DNA of 64,000 nt from Chlorokybus atmophyticus (taxonomy: Eukaryota; Plantae; Mesostigma and Chlorokybus algae): positions 66,274 to 130,273 of the forward strand of contig RHPI01001559.1 in NCBI GenBank assembly GCA_009103225.1, written 5' to 3'. The notes beneath the pieces are model-generated. The model worked only from the letters and a program-made list of their open reading frames with translations, made no database searches and was not told where the DNA came from. The translations under genes were made by a program, and so were the position numbers. Positions 39,947-53,310 of the stretch are shown here, piece after piece; the stretch's first letter is position 1, and the number at the start of each line of letters is the position of its first letter.

Positions 39947-40427
39947 ATTAACTCAGCAAAGTCTATGTTGTGGCGCGCGTGTCTACGTCGTCAGAGAGTG
40001 ACAAGTCTTGATGTGTCGATGTCGGCAAGCGCCGACTCGTCGTCTCGCGTCGACGTAGGCACACGAGGACGAATTTGTTAATGTCTGCGTGTGTCGCTGT
40101 CGACAAGCGGGGGCAGTTCTTCGCCCAAGTTAGGGCTTGCTGTTGTGAGCTTTCCCGCCGGTATTTTCCCGCCATTCGCTACACTGCACGCTACATTACT
40201 TTGATAATTACACAACTTACCCGCCCAAATGGTTGCCACCAGACCTCATGCGCCGACGGGGACGAGCACGGACCAAATTCGCATAGCCCATTCGCCGTCG
40301 CCGTCGACACAGCGACAGCCCACGCGGGACGACATCGACACTGAGGGTCAAGTCGCTCGCAGTCGACGTCGACATCGCTGCGGTCCCTCAGACGAAACGC
40401 GGTCAAACAGCGACAAATTGAGTTAAT
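39947..40427. repeat. Degenerate inverted repeat (foldback/MITE-like), CpG-rich
   Basis: Nested IR blocks: ATTAACTCA 39947 / TGAGTTAAT 40419; GTGTCGATGTCG 40013 / CGACATCGACAC 40330; TGTCGCTGTCGAC near 40093 / near-complement near 40300. Confidence 0.5.
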
Positions 40428-41544
40428 GAGAAACCCTCGGGCACAGCGGCTGACTTATGCCTGCGCAGCGCTGATTGCCATTTCAAGTACAGGTGGTAAG
40501 TACGGTTTGATGTAATATCAGAAGCTGTGCTGCGCAGTGTAGTGGTAGGTCCACAAGTTGTGTAGACTACAACACCACAGTTGCAAAGATTTCCGTGCCG
40601 TTGCCTTCTTAACGGAACCGCACGATCAAGTTTTCTAGATGCCGTTGCCAACACGGCAAGTCAAAGCGACTGTCGGTTAGACTGTCGCCTTCTCGACAGC
40701 CTTGCTAGCGTGGTTTAACTGCTCTGCACGAAGTGACACTGCTGGTTTTGTTCATAGGCAACCGGTCCTTTTGCTCTACATGTAGCAACTTTTCTGCTGT
40801 CATGCGCGCTAAGGCAATGTGGCAAGCGGTGAACTGTAATGTGACCTTGCTTGGAGACTTTCATGCGAAACCTGAAGCACCTGAAGGGCGCCAGCTGCGC
40901 ATCCGACTTTCAGAGGGTAGTGGGCTTATACCCGTATGACATGCGGTGAATCCCGCCATTGTTCAAACAATAAGTACAAAACACCGACAATTTCTTATGG
41001 GCAAGCAATCCAATCAACGATGATTCTACATTAAAGCGAAGATCGAATATTATGAGTATTGTTAATACTCGTATGGTAAGTATTGACAATACTTGCCATG
41101 TTAGTAAAACAAATCACTTGACATATGTATACTAGGCGTATGCAAAATGTGATATTGTTAAAGTTATTACCGTAGTGACACCGACATAACAACCCACACT
41201 CACTTGTGCAAATTATGTTCCTGGTCAACCTTTTGCTTTTATGAAATTGAAAATCAATTGCATAAAATATAATGTTATTTATCATCAAATTGGTTATTTT
41301 AATTACGATCGAAGCCATTCTATAATCATTTATAAACCGTAAATGTGTGTCACTACGATCCATTATGCGACAATAAGACTTTATGGTGTGCACAACATAC
41401 TTAATATAGAGCATGCAACCATGTGCACATGAAGATGTGCAACGTGTTATTAACCATTCGACTGTGTAGTACCAATCCTAGCTTGTCCGTCGATTATTTC
41501 AGGTTTATATGTGCATTTAAATGATTTAGCACATGTAGAATACT

Positions 41545-44500
41545 TGTCACGGTGATGACCTTCGGCATGCACCTCTCCCCCGCACCTTTTTTGCGCCCCC
41601 ATCAGCATCGGGATCAGTCAAACCAGTTCAGCAAGTGACAGACAGCGTGACAAGACCCATCGACATCCCCTTCGGAGGCAGCTACTGAGGAGCAAGAGTA
41701 GTGGCGGCGGCTGACATTGACAGCTTCCTTAAGCAAACTCTAGGGCAAAATTGGTCGAAAGTAAGTTGCAAGTGAGCGGATTGGCGCGAAAGCGACTGCA
41801 CTCCTTTCAAGATTTTTAAAAGTCATCATTAAACTAGGCAAACTGCGTGCACGCTGCCTTGTGCAAGAGTTGAACTTGTAAGAGTTGTTGCCCAAATTCC
41901 TTTGCTGTATACCTTTTTCCCTTGCGTTTGCCTTGCCCCCAGTGCTCTGTCTTTCTCTCGCATTATTGCATTAATCTCCTGGCATGGCCACCGGCGGTGG
42001 CCCACCGCCCCGCTACATGCGGATTGCATCCTCCCCTGCCTAACACGGTGCTTTACATGCCTTGCACAACCACAATCACGGTTGTAGGCATCCACTAGCT
42101 TGCTTTTTGGTGAGTACTTGCAATACGCAAACTCGCTTTACTTAGCAAACTTGAATCACACACAAACACACTTGCATGATTGATGTGTGCGTGCTCACAT
42201 GCATCCTTAGTTAAGGAGCTGGTTGACTTGCCACGTACTTCACAGCATTTAGTCATCACTTGAGGTGTTGTCCTTGTTATGCCTTGTTCGTGTTCGTTGC
42301 GTGCGTGTGCATGCGTCTCTGGAGTCACGGACTTAGCTGGGGAACCCGTGAAGCAAAACATTTAGACAATGGCGGTGAGCTGATTCCACTACACCAATAG
42401 CAGACTTCACTCAAAAATTTCCCCTTTATCTAGACGAAGAAGTGGGTGATTACAACCCACCAATCATTGCAATCTTCTTGCCTTTTCCTCACAGCAACCC
42501 CAGCTCTGAAAGTGAGGAAGACATGGCTGCCCCCATCGGCAACCGAGGCAGCAACGGAAGCAGTGGCAGCGGAAGGAAGCCGCTGGCTCAATCTCGTTGA
42601 AGCACTGGTTTTAGCCACTTCAACTCAATTGTCTTGACGGTGAAAACACGAGCCCGGGATAGCTGGGACAAGTAGAAAGTTCATCCTCGTTGCAGAGTAC
42701 CTAGACGACGTCGCGGTAGCTGTGTGGCATAAGGTTGCCTCCGCACATAAGCTGCTCGAAGATGAGATACTGATTCGCTCTGACTCTTCCTTGAGCACGA
42801 CCATCTCTGCTGCAGAACGACTAGGTGCTCCCCGCGCGCTGCCCCAAGCTACTGCACACGTTCCTCGAGCGCCACTATCCACCCACACGAAGGTGACAGC
42901 CACCAGCAGCAATGCCTCGGGCACCACCACCTCCATTACCACCACACCTTTTGTGCCTCCGGCAATGCAAGACGACGATACCACAGAGGCCTACGGCTGG
43001 CGATGCAGTGCAGCCGTCGCCGCTTACGCCCTCACTTTGGCAGCAGCCTCTCTTGCCACAGCACTTCTCGCAACCCGTCAACCACCAGCTGAGGAGGAAG
43101 CCTCCACCTGGCGGCACTCTCACCATGGGCAGACTTGGTCTTGCAACTGAGCCAGCGCTTTCCCGCCTACACTGTCGAGAAGGCGCAAAATCTCATGAAG
43201 TTGAGAAACTAAAGGAAACTAAAGGAGACGCCAGTTTAGTTTTATGAGCGCATCGTCAACTTGATGGGGGACACCATCCTGAACGAGATGCGATTACTCA
43301 ACTCTTATCATCTGCCACGGGTGTACATAGAAAACCTTGACCCACCTTTGCGCGAGTATGTGAAGGCCGACTCGTGCGGCGCAGCCAATTCCACCGTGTA
43401 TCGGGCATACATGCTCGCGGTGTGCTGGCAAGAAGTCCTGGTTCAAGAGTAGGCTGCCCTTGAGATTAGTGGCCTCGCGCACCGCAGCAGCGGCACCGAC
43501 TCAGCCTCCATCCTTGCGCTGCTCAAGCACACGCGCTCTGCTCATGCTGTCGTGCGAGTAGAGTACAGCCCCTCCCAAACCTGTCACAAGTGCGGTAAGG
43601 AGGGGCACTTCATCCGAGTATGCCCGATGCCACGCACTAATGCCCTATGCAACCAGAGCGGCATGGTGGGGCATCTTGAAGTCGTTTGCTACACCTTGTT
43701 ACCAGAGTTGAGGGAGGGAGGCTTTGTAGGCAAAACCCTCTCCAGCCAGCACCAACGCCCTCTACAAACAACAACAATAACGGCAGGTGGAAGGGTAACG
43801 GCAAAGCTGGTCCTCTCAACGCCAACAAGGCTGCGGGCAAACCCGTAGCCAAGGTTGCCGCCTTTGCCAGGGGCAATGCCGACCAACACGGTGAATGAAA
43901 CAGCCTCTTGGCAAAAATCGAGGACCTCCGTAGTCAAAGGGATGAGCTTGAGGATCTCCTCAACTGCGACCAGCTGGCAACTTGCTCGGCCACTCCACCG
44001 TTCCTGGCTCCCAGCTCATTGCCTTCATGCGTGTGATTGGGGCAGCTCGTCGCCCACTCCCTCGTTCGCCACATAACCGTTCCCCTTCCCCGCCGTCACA
44101 ACCTATGCAAGTGCGGTCACCATAAGCTGAGGCCGGCATCGCCACTGCTGTCGCCGGTGCCACTGAGCCAGCAGCAGCTCCAACCGCAGCAGCTACTGAC
44201 GCACCAAGCTGCTGCACATGGCGGTCCATTGCCACCAGTCAACCACCTATCAATGCCCCAGCACTGGTCACTTACCCTTTACCTACATCAGCAGCTCCGG
44301 CGGAAGAATGGGCCGCACTGCTCATGAACTCGAAGCAAACACGACCACCCCCAATATACTCCGATTTGGTAACTAGCGTGAAGGGCATGCTCAACGGTGG
44401 GGCGAACTGAAAACATCGTGGCGGAGTTGAATCTACACCAATCCAAGGCCCTCGTTCCGCGACGTGCCTCGCGATGAGGAATCCCTCATCAACGGGGTGA

Positions 44501-45800
44501 TTGAGTATGCAGCTCAACCGGCCCAGGCTTACCTACCCCACCGTGCTTGGGCCCTTTTACAACCATCCCCTAAAGGAGCTCATTATCAAACGAGTACGTG
44601 AGCTCCTGCTTAACTTAAAGGTTTTCCACGAATCCTTGAAGGTCGTCAACGAATCCTACAAGACCAAAGAGACCCAACTGCACGATAACTAAAAAGATGG
44701 TCTGAAGCATGCTACGAACAATCTGCCCCCTCTTACGGTGGCCAATGCTTGCTGCTGGGTGATCACCCTTGTCACCCGCGCTACGCATTGACCGTACTAA
44801 CCAGCCGCTAGTTTTGGACAGTTGGTAAGATGCGCTGCATCATCTTCAGCTGGAGTTGGCCAATCAAATACTTCTAGCAAGAAACAACTCCTTGCACCTT
44901 CAACCACTACAGCGGATGGCTCTCATCGTGCCCCCCCCTCACGACGGCTGAGCAAGCCATGCATCAATGCTGGTTGACCGCTGCTGGTAGAGTGGAGACC
45001 TTACGAAATGCACGTGAAGCCGATGAGCATACGGCGCGGGCAGAACAGCGAGCACCAGAATTAGCCACACGGCGTCAAGACTTCAGGCGGCAGCTGCAAC
45101 AACGTGTCGACACCACTCCTTGATCTCTGCTGTGGCCGAACCCAGGAAGATGTGGAGCGCATGGCTCAACAACAAATATACTTGACGCTATTCAAGATGC
45201 CCCCATGCTGTCATTTAACCTGAATTTCCGGTTACCCAACGTGGAGCGCCGCAGTTTCAAGCACAACATTACCGAAAGAGTGCGTGCCTTGGCCCATCAG
45301 GTGCACCGCGTTTTTGATCAAGGCCTTGCCCCGACTGCTTGGCAACAATGGCTAGACTCATCAGCAACATTGGAGAGACATGACCGCGTCACTTATCATG
45401 TCCTCGACAGCTTGTGCATGCGGTCAGACAGCGCGTACGAACAACCCAACCGCCTAGCCATTCTGGCCACTAGGTGGTTGGTCGCCATGACCATGCAGTA
45501 TGTTAGACATCATCCGGAACCACTGCCCCCCGCGCGATTAGTATATGATTTCACTTTGTCTGACCTCGATTCTTACATCAAGAATGAGTTTCAAGACCAT
45601 GCCAGTGTGATGTCCTTGGAGTTGAGATACATGGAATTCAGGATGCTCCCCTTTGCCCCCGCAGCCATCCGCACACTTGAAGTGCCCACACCGGCAGGTG
45701 CCCTTGCCTTTCAAGCTCTATGGTGACGCACCTATTACTCTGCAAAAGCTGCAGCTGTACACCCAGCACACTGCACCACTGCAACGGGCGCGTGATGCTA
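41545..45800 (+). mobile_element. Decayed LTR-retroelement-like region: candidate LTR 41545-42368, gag remnant with CCHC knuckles, unknown ORF2; no pol seen
   Basis: TGTC...GACA termini followed by TGGCGG (PBS-like). CHKCGKEGHFIRVC plus a degenerate CNQSGMVGHLEVVC at 43570-43690. Intronless broken ORFs. Confidence 0.5.
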
Positions 45801-48399
45801 TTCATAGTAACAAAGTACGCAACTTGGGTAAAATAATACGTAGCAATACGCGTACAACAAGCACTTGTTAATAAAACGTCGAAAGTACGTGATTTTGTAC
45901 GGTATTGGGCTCCAATATGTCAGTTTCCGTAATTAACCATGGATAGAGCAGCAAACGGCCTTCAGTAACGTGCCGCGCGCGCGACCCGTTGCGCGGCGGG
46001 TAGTTTGTGGAAGCGCCGTGCGACCACCTCACATATCGGCATTGCAAGTATGAAGCATTTAAAAACCTGTTATGAGATTACGTAATAGTATGTTATGTAA
46101 AAGCATTACCGTTAGAAATGACTTTGATCACATCATATGATTAGTGAATCGAACACTGTATGTTTATGCATTGTGATGTACAATGAGTTGCCCATCACTT
46201 GTTAGCACACATATCGCATCATAAACATTGCTAATATTTATCAGCATTACACATGAACAAGATATGAAGTGTTGGTCGGCATATTCTGAAAAAAGTACAA
46301 AAAGATACGCGTATTTTGCATATCACGTATCAATACGTGTATTACGTATTTTGAAACTATGCTATTACTAATTAGAAATGCCACACCTCGTGGACCCTCA
46401 TTTACATGAGCGAATGCACTTGGTGCGCACTGTACTGCAACTCACCCGCATCAGCCAGCTGCAGGGGGGCATGCTCAGAGTGCATCACACTATGGACATG
46501 CCTCCAGAGCGCTTCACCGGGGAAACCCAATAAATACAGTGTATGGACGAAAACACGACCTCCACGTCAAGTTCACCCCGCCTACCATACAATGAACGCC
46601 AACCTCACCGCATGCCCACGAACCTGGTTGAAACGGCGCGCACTGCCAGGGTGGCATGCGCTTTTGGAACATGCAAAAAGGTAGATTTCAGAAACCCGCC
46701 ACGTTTTAAAAGGAAGACTTGCATGAGGCACTTGTGATAGCCAACAATGCAGCCTTGCTCCAGTGCATGCAAGAAATTACAATCCTCATAAAGCACATAT
46801 GCCAGAGTGTGCACTGCAGTGCACCCCAATCCGTTAACAACATCCGTTCATGGATGTTTTGGCAAGACGAGCACATCCGACGTAAATTGTACCTGTTGCG
46901 CACTCGTCAGCTACTGCTTGGCACATACGTCGAGCGCACCTTGCCTAAAATTACTCGGATGAGGCTGCTGCATAACACCCTCCGCGTCCGCGCTGGGGGG
47001 GGGGGGGNNNNNNNNNNNNNNNNNNNNNNNNNNNNNNNNNNNNNNNNNNNNNNNNNNNNNNNNNNNNNNNNNNNNNNNNNNNNNNNNNNNNNNNNNNNNN
47101 NNNNNNNNNNNNNNNNNNNNNNNNNNNNNNNNNNNNNNNNNNNNNNNNNNNNNNNNNNNNNNNNNNNNNNNNNNNNNNNNNNNNNNNNNNNNNNNNNNNN
47201 NNNNNNNNNNNNNNNNNNNNNNNNNNNNNNNNNNNNNNNNNNNNNNNNNNNNNNNNNNNNNNNNNNNNNNNNNNNNNNNNNNNNNNNNNNNNNNNNNNNN
47301 NGGGGGGGGGGGGGGGGGGGATGGAGATGCGGTTGCTCCGCATAGAACGCGTCATGTCATTAGATTTATTATATGATCCTCAGCCTCGCCCATACCGCAG
47401 CACCCTCTTGCGTACAGTGTTGAATAACCTTACCCCTCTCTCGCAAGAAGTTGGCTTTTGGGGGGATGCCTGCCCCAAGGCATGGCCCAGCTGCGTCAGC
47501 AAATCATCCGTCATGAAAACCCATGGATTGACCTCGTGGCTCTTTGGCGCGACAATCCTTAGGGGGAACTTCTGCGCCTCATCATCTGGCTCACCAAGGA
47601 GGATTACTTTATGGACAACACTCTCAACCCCGACCTCTTTGTCAGCCCGGTCGTTTGGTTAAAGGACTTCGTCAGCATGCGCTCTCGCTTTCTCAGTTGG
47701 GTAGTTGATTATTCGATGCAGCTTCCTCCTTGCATGCACGAGAGCCGCCGCACAGGGGCCACTACCGACATGCTAGCAAATCACTTCGATCTTCCGCATT
47801 GGGAAGATAATAGCAATGCTGAGTTGCTCGAACGCACTGCCATCAAAAAGACGACTCCAAAGCGCGCGAGCTACGCCAGCAAGTAGTGCGTCAGCTAAGA
47901 GAGGGCACCGGTGCCTCTAAATCAGTGCTTCAAACCCACCCGGTCTCCATTCAAAGCCGAGCGTAAGTTGGTGGCAACTTACGTAAGCTTGTTACCCACT
48001 CTTCATGTGGCTTCCTACGGGAATTGACAAGGCCACCATTGAGAGCAAGCCATCACCGCCAAAGCCTTGCGCTTGGCCATGCAGGCATCCGCCACTTATG
48101 TGCCCCACCAGCTGATCCAGGTGAGCCAGGCATGTCACCTGCACCCGCAGGTGACTTGCTTGGCTCACCTGCGGATTCGCCGGCTGATCCACCCTCTTTC
48201 ACTCCCTCTACCAGCGGCTTTAACATCCCTTCACCCTCATTCTCAATAGTAGTGGAGGGTGAAGAGCCGGAAGAGGAAGACGCAACCGAGGAAGAGAGCA
48301 AGAAGGACGCCTCCTCACCCGAAGAAGGAGGTGAACCATGGGCTGCACTCGTCGTGCTCATTAAGCATCAGCCGCCAGCACGGCTTTGCACATCATTTT

Positions 48400-48860
48400 C
48401 ATCCCGTCAGTATTGAACCTTTGCGAGCCACCTCACACCTTGGTTTTGGCTCCGCTTCCGCCCAAATATCAGCACGGTCAACAACCTTCTGGGCCATGTC
48501 ACTTTTGCACACCACCGCTGGTCCCCTCGCCACGTGTTGTGTGACACCGGCGCCCATCCAATCATCGTAAGTAGACGAGCTGCAGAACGCCTCGGCATTG
48601 GTCTCAATGAACTGGATGAATCTTTTGACGAGATTCGCACCGCCCAAGGCGGTCTTAAGACCACTAGGGGAGAGACACGCCAGCGCATACCGTTGCGCTT
48701 CACTGGTTACAAGCTAGAAGAGACCACCGTTCTGAGTGTCTTTTGCCTCATCTCTGACTCACAGATATTCGACATACTCATTGGCATGGAGGCCTTGTTT
48801 CCTATCAGCGCGGCAATCGACACATGGACAGAGCACGCACTCTCGCGACTACGCTGGCAT
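48400..48860 (+). pseudogene. Retroviral-type aspartic protease remnant of the same Ty3 family as the DNMT elements
   Basis: VNNLLGHVTF..PRHVLCDTGAHPII...DILIGMEALFP..IDTWTE aligns with VDNRSGHVSL..VVLVDTGAQPVI...DVLLGQEFLFP..VDNWIE of the minus-strand element. Confidence 0.8.
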
Positions 48861-49075
48861 CAGAGCAATTGTCGTGCCTTCACTCCTCGTTGTTTAAACT
48901 CGTCGTACAACCTCCTTGCCATGCATGTCAGCATGCTATTGTACACCATGAGACACTGTTGTGCTGTCTCAAATCACCACTCATCTCACGAGGTAGACAC
49001 ATACACATGAAAGATGCGTGTCACCACCCCCTGCAGCTGAGCGCCAACGTCCTCGTGCGCCTGCAGGCTACTCGT

Positions 49076-49210
49076 ATATGCCGGACAATACCATGCCCCA
49101 TCAGGAATCTCATCCAGTGGCGGGTGGAGGCACTCCATATGCCAACCGGCAACACACCTGTCGCACAGCAGCATGGTGTCCCAGCTGTCTGCTCGACTAC
49201 ACCGCTCACA
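49076..49210 (-). other. PHD finger at the integrase C-terminus (copy 1; last Cys changed to Tyr)
   Basis: CERCSRADSWDTMLLCDRCVAGWHMECLHPPLDEIPDGAWYCPAY. Confidence 0.92.
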
Positions 49211-52200
49211 ACGGTGATCCACACCTGGAATTGCCGTCGACGGATCCACGTGGTCATCCACGTTGGGCAAATGACAAGGAGCGCAGCTCTTCATGTGCTC
49301 CTTGGTAGTGCGGGCATCAGCTCCCTCCAGCAACAACACTCCGTTGCTGAGGACCTTCTTTACACGCTGAATAGTACGACTCGCACTCGTGACCAATGTG
49401 TCCTTGGTCTTCCTCTGCAGATAGATGAAGTCTCCAGGCTGAAACTCCTGTAGTCTTGGCTTGTGTAAGCCACTCCTCACCCTGGCATAGCGCAGCGTGT
49501 CGCGGTGTTGTGCCACTTGCAGGTTGCCAAGTGCCATTAGCATTACACGCCGAAATAGCTCTGCACGCTTTGCTATCTCTCTCTCCCACACATTGGGATC
49601 CTCCAAGTCAAGCTCCTGCTCAACCTGCCGCCTGATTGATGTTGGCAGTATGGGCTCTCTCCCATACAACAAGAAGTAGGGGCTGTATGAGCTCAGCGCA
49701 GCTTGTCGCGTCATGCGGTAGCCCATCACCAGCCACGGCAACGCCAAGTCCCAGTCTCTCTTGTTGTGAGTGAGACAGTACTTGTGAAGCCCCTTCTTCA
49801 CCACCTGTACCATTTTCTCCGCAAGCCCATCAGCTTGGGGATGATCCCGGGAAGTCCTGCGATGATCAATGAAGACTTGCGCCAACAAGTCATTGAACTG
49901 GCCACGAAACTCAATGCCTTGGTCAGTGAGAACCTCGGCACAGGCTCCGAATCTGCTCAGCGCTTGGTCAAGGAAAGTCTCAGCAACTAGCTTGCTCTCC
50001 TTCGACGGCAACGCCACCTACTCGACCCATTTTGAGAAGTGCTCAATCATCACGAGCACGTAGCGGTTGCCTCTTTTGCTGACTGGTAGGTCTCCGGCCA
50101 GAGCTCCATCGATAGAATAGTCCCTGTATTGGCGGAGGGTGCAGCTGTGGGTGCTTGGCATTGAAGCTCGCCTTCACCCTGTCGCACTCCACACAACTCG
50201 CGACCACTCCCGCCACGGTAGTCTGCATGCCAGCCCACCAATATGCTGATTGCACAAGCCCAAGTGTCCTCTTGACACCAAAGTGGCCCATCTTCTCATG
50301 AAGCAGCTCCACAAGCGGCTTCCTCTCATGTGGTTGAGGCACAATCCTTACACCTCCATCAGGCATCAAGCGCACAAGGTGGTCTCTTTCCCACCGAAAA
50401 TTTGCGCACGTTGCCACACACGATCACGTGTCGCCGTGCTGCACCCAGCTTGAAACAGCCCGGTCTTTAGGTAAGCAAGCACTTGCTCATCACCCCATAC
50501 ATCCTTTGAAGCCTCGGCTTCCTCCCCATCAACGTTGTCGACCGTCGGGGCTGGTGCAGATGCCAAAGCCATCATAACACCATCACCATGGCGCTCATCT
50601 GCTGCGTTTTGGCGCGTGGTTGCGCACACGCCCGCGGAACCCGCCAACACAAGCAATGACGCCATACGGAAGGCCAAAAACCCAGCCACGGGCATGGCAT
50701 ATTCATGCCGTGCCTCACTCTCGTCCACAGACGATGGGTTTGGGTTCCTACTCAGCCCATCCGCGTCCATGTTGTCAACACCAGCTCGTTGTTCAATGCT
50801 GAACTCATACTCTTGCAGTATGAGCGCCCATCTGGCATGCTTCCCTGTGAGCTTATCGTTGCACATCAACCACTTCAAAGGCTGATGGTTGGTGATCAGC
50901 GTGAAGGGACGGCCATACAAGAACAGTCTGAAGTGAACAATGGCCCACACCGCCGCCAAACACTCCCCCTCATAGGAACTGTAGTTGGCCTCAGCGTTGT
51001 TGCTTCGGCTGCCATACGCCACCAAATACTCCTTGCCATTGTCATCCTTCTGACACAACACGGCCCATATGCCCAGGCGGCTCCAGTCTGTGTGTAGGAT
51101 GAAAGGACGGTTGTAGTCTGCCCGTCTCAGCACTGGCGCAGTACACAGCTTCTCCTTAAGAAGCTCAAAGGCGCGTTGACACTCTTCCGACCAGCACCAC
51201 GCCTTCTCCTTCCTCAACAACTCATTCAAGGGCTTTGCAATCTTGCTGTACCCCTCCACGAATCGCCGATAGTAGTTCGCCGAGCTGAGAAATGTGCGTA
51301 GTCGATTGATGTCCGTCGGCGCAGGCACTTGCAGTAAGGAATCCACCTTTGCTTGCTGCACGCAGACGTCGTATTGCACTATCTCATGCCCCAGGTACGG
51401 GATGCAATCAGCCCCGAACAAGCACTTTTTCGGGTGGCACCTCATGCCGGCCTCGCGCACGCGCTCGAACACGCGCTCCAAGTGCACAAGATGCTCCCCC
51501 ATTGTGTGGCTAAACACCAAGATGTCATCGATGTAACATCTTGCAAAGGGTAGCCCACGAAGCACGCGATCCATCACGCGCTGAAACTTCACTGGTGCGT
51601 TCTTCAAGCCGAACGGCATGACCTTCCATTGGTAGAGCTGATCTACTCCCCAAAATGCTGTCTTGCCACGGTCCTCAGGCTTGATGGTGATCTGGTTGAA
51701 GCCTTGCCTCAAGTCCACAATTGAGAACACCTTTGAATTGCCGATGTCATCGAGGATTGCCTCCGGGATAGGCATGGGGTAGCGATCAGCCTTGGTCTTC
51801 TCATTCAATGGCCGATAGTCACCACACATCCTCCTTGAGGTCCAGTTTCCCTGCGCATCCTTCTTCAATGGCAGCACTGTCGCAACCGCTAAGTATGAAG
51901 TCGACTGTGCAATCAGTCCGGCCTTTCACAAGTCAGCACACTTGTCCAACACGAACTCCTTCTCCACCTTACTCAGCCGATATTGCCGACGAAAGATGGG
52001 CTCAGGAGAGGTCAACTCAATGTCCATCGTGTAGAAGTTGCAGACTCCCAACTGCTTGATAGAGTAGGCGAAGCAGTTGCGCTTGCGCGCCAATAATGCT
52101 TCAAGCCGCTCACGGTGCTCTGGTGTCACACACTCGCCCATACACCACTCCATGATCTGGTTGGTAGCCTTCTCAAGCTTCAAGGCACCATCTATAGCCG

Positions 52201-52342
52201 CTTTCTTGCCACTTGCAGCTGTCACAGGCGAAAAAGACACCCCTTTACTCTCACCATCATGTACACCATGCTCCCACCCCCTCGATCGAGGCGCAGGCGC
52301 CTGACGTGCTTGCTGTCGCACGGGCATGAAGCCTAATGCCAA

Positions 52343-53310
52343 CTATTGTGCTGCCAAGCAGACAACCATCAGCCACACCATGCTGTTCTGGTCCATGGCT
52401 TGCCCTAGCAGCACTCGGCGTCGTTGTTCACTTAGTCCTGGCGCCGCCGTCGCACCGGACAAGAACCCCATCGCTCGCTCGCGCTCATCAGTTGTTGGCT
52501 CTTCCAACCTGCTGTGTCGTGAGTCCCACACCAGCCCTGGCCCTCCGTTGCGGAATGCATAAGAGCCTGGGTAGGTCACTAGCGTCGGCAACGCTGCCAT
52601 GTCGTGCCCGACCTGGTTCACCACCTCTTGAGGCGGCCGATCAGCCTTGCTGACCTGTTGTGCTGTGTGCCCATGCTCCAGCACCTGGTTGACTGTCAAA
52701 CCTTGCGGTCTTTTATACTCTTGCTGCACCGTGCGAAGTAACTTGATAGGCGCGAGGTTTGTCCACTTCACACGCAGCCGATGCGCAAACCATGCCGTGC
52801 CGCATCCATGACCAGCTCATGGCCTAGAACATGTCTCACCAGCTAATAGTCCTCTTTCACGCGCTTGCGCTTATCGTCTTCAGCCGGCACATTCTCCATG
52901 ATGTACGCCATGGGCTGCTCTTGTCTTTGCTGAATCATGTTGATAACACGCACCAACTCCCAAAACAATGATGAGCGCGCATCCATCAATCCCTTCCCAT
53001 GACCAGCCCGTAAATGCCCTTGGCATTCCCACCCCGCTACTAGCAAATCAACCGTGCCGATTGCCGCGAGATAATGTGGCCCCCTCCAAGCAAATGTTTT
53101 GAGGCCATGCATTTTGGAAGCCCTTCACCGCACTCTCACATAGCAGGTCCGGGTACTTCGTCAACAAAACCCTCACATGATGTTGAGCACCTTGTTGTGC
53201 CGTTGGCGAAGGGTCCACATAGACGTAACGCCGCACCTTGATGCCGGCGTTGAACGCAGCCGCAAGCCCACTTGCAATGCCACCGAACAGCTCTACCATC
53301 ACAACACCGT
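52343..53310 (-). pseudogene. Retrotransposon-encoded C5-cytosine DNA methyltransferase domain (copy 1)
   Basis: Motif I VELFGG (53279-53293), II YVYVD, IV DLLVAGWECQGH (53020-53037), VI YIMENV (52888-52896), VIII AHRLRVKWTN, IX EPTTDERERAMGF, X LLGQAM. Two frameshifts and one internal stop. Confidence 0.9.
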
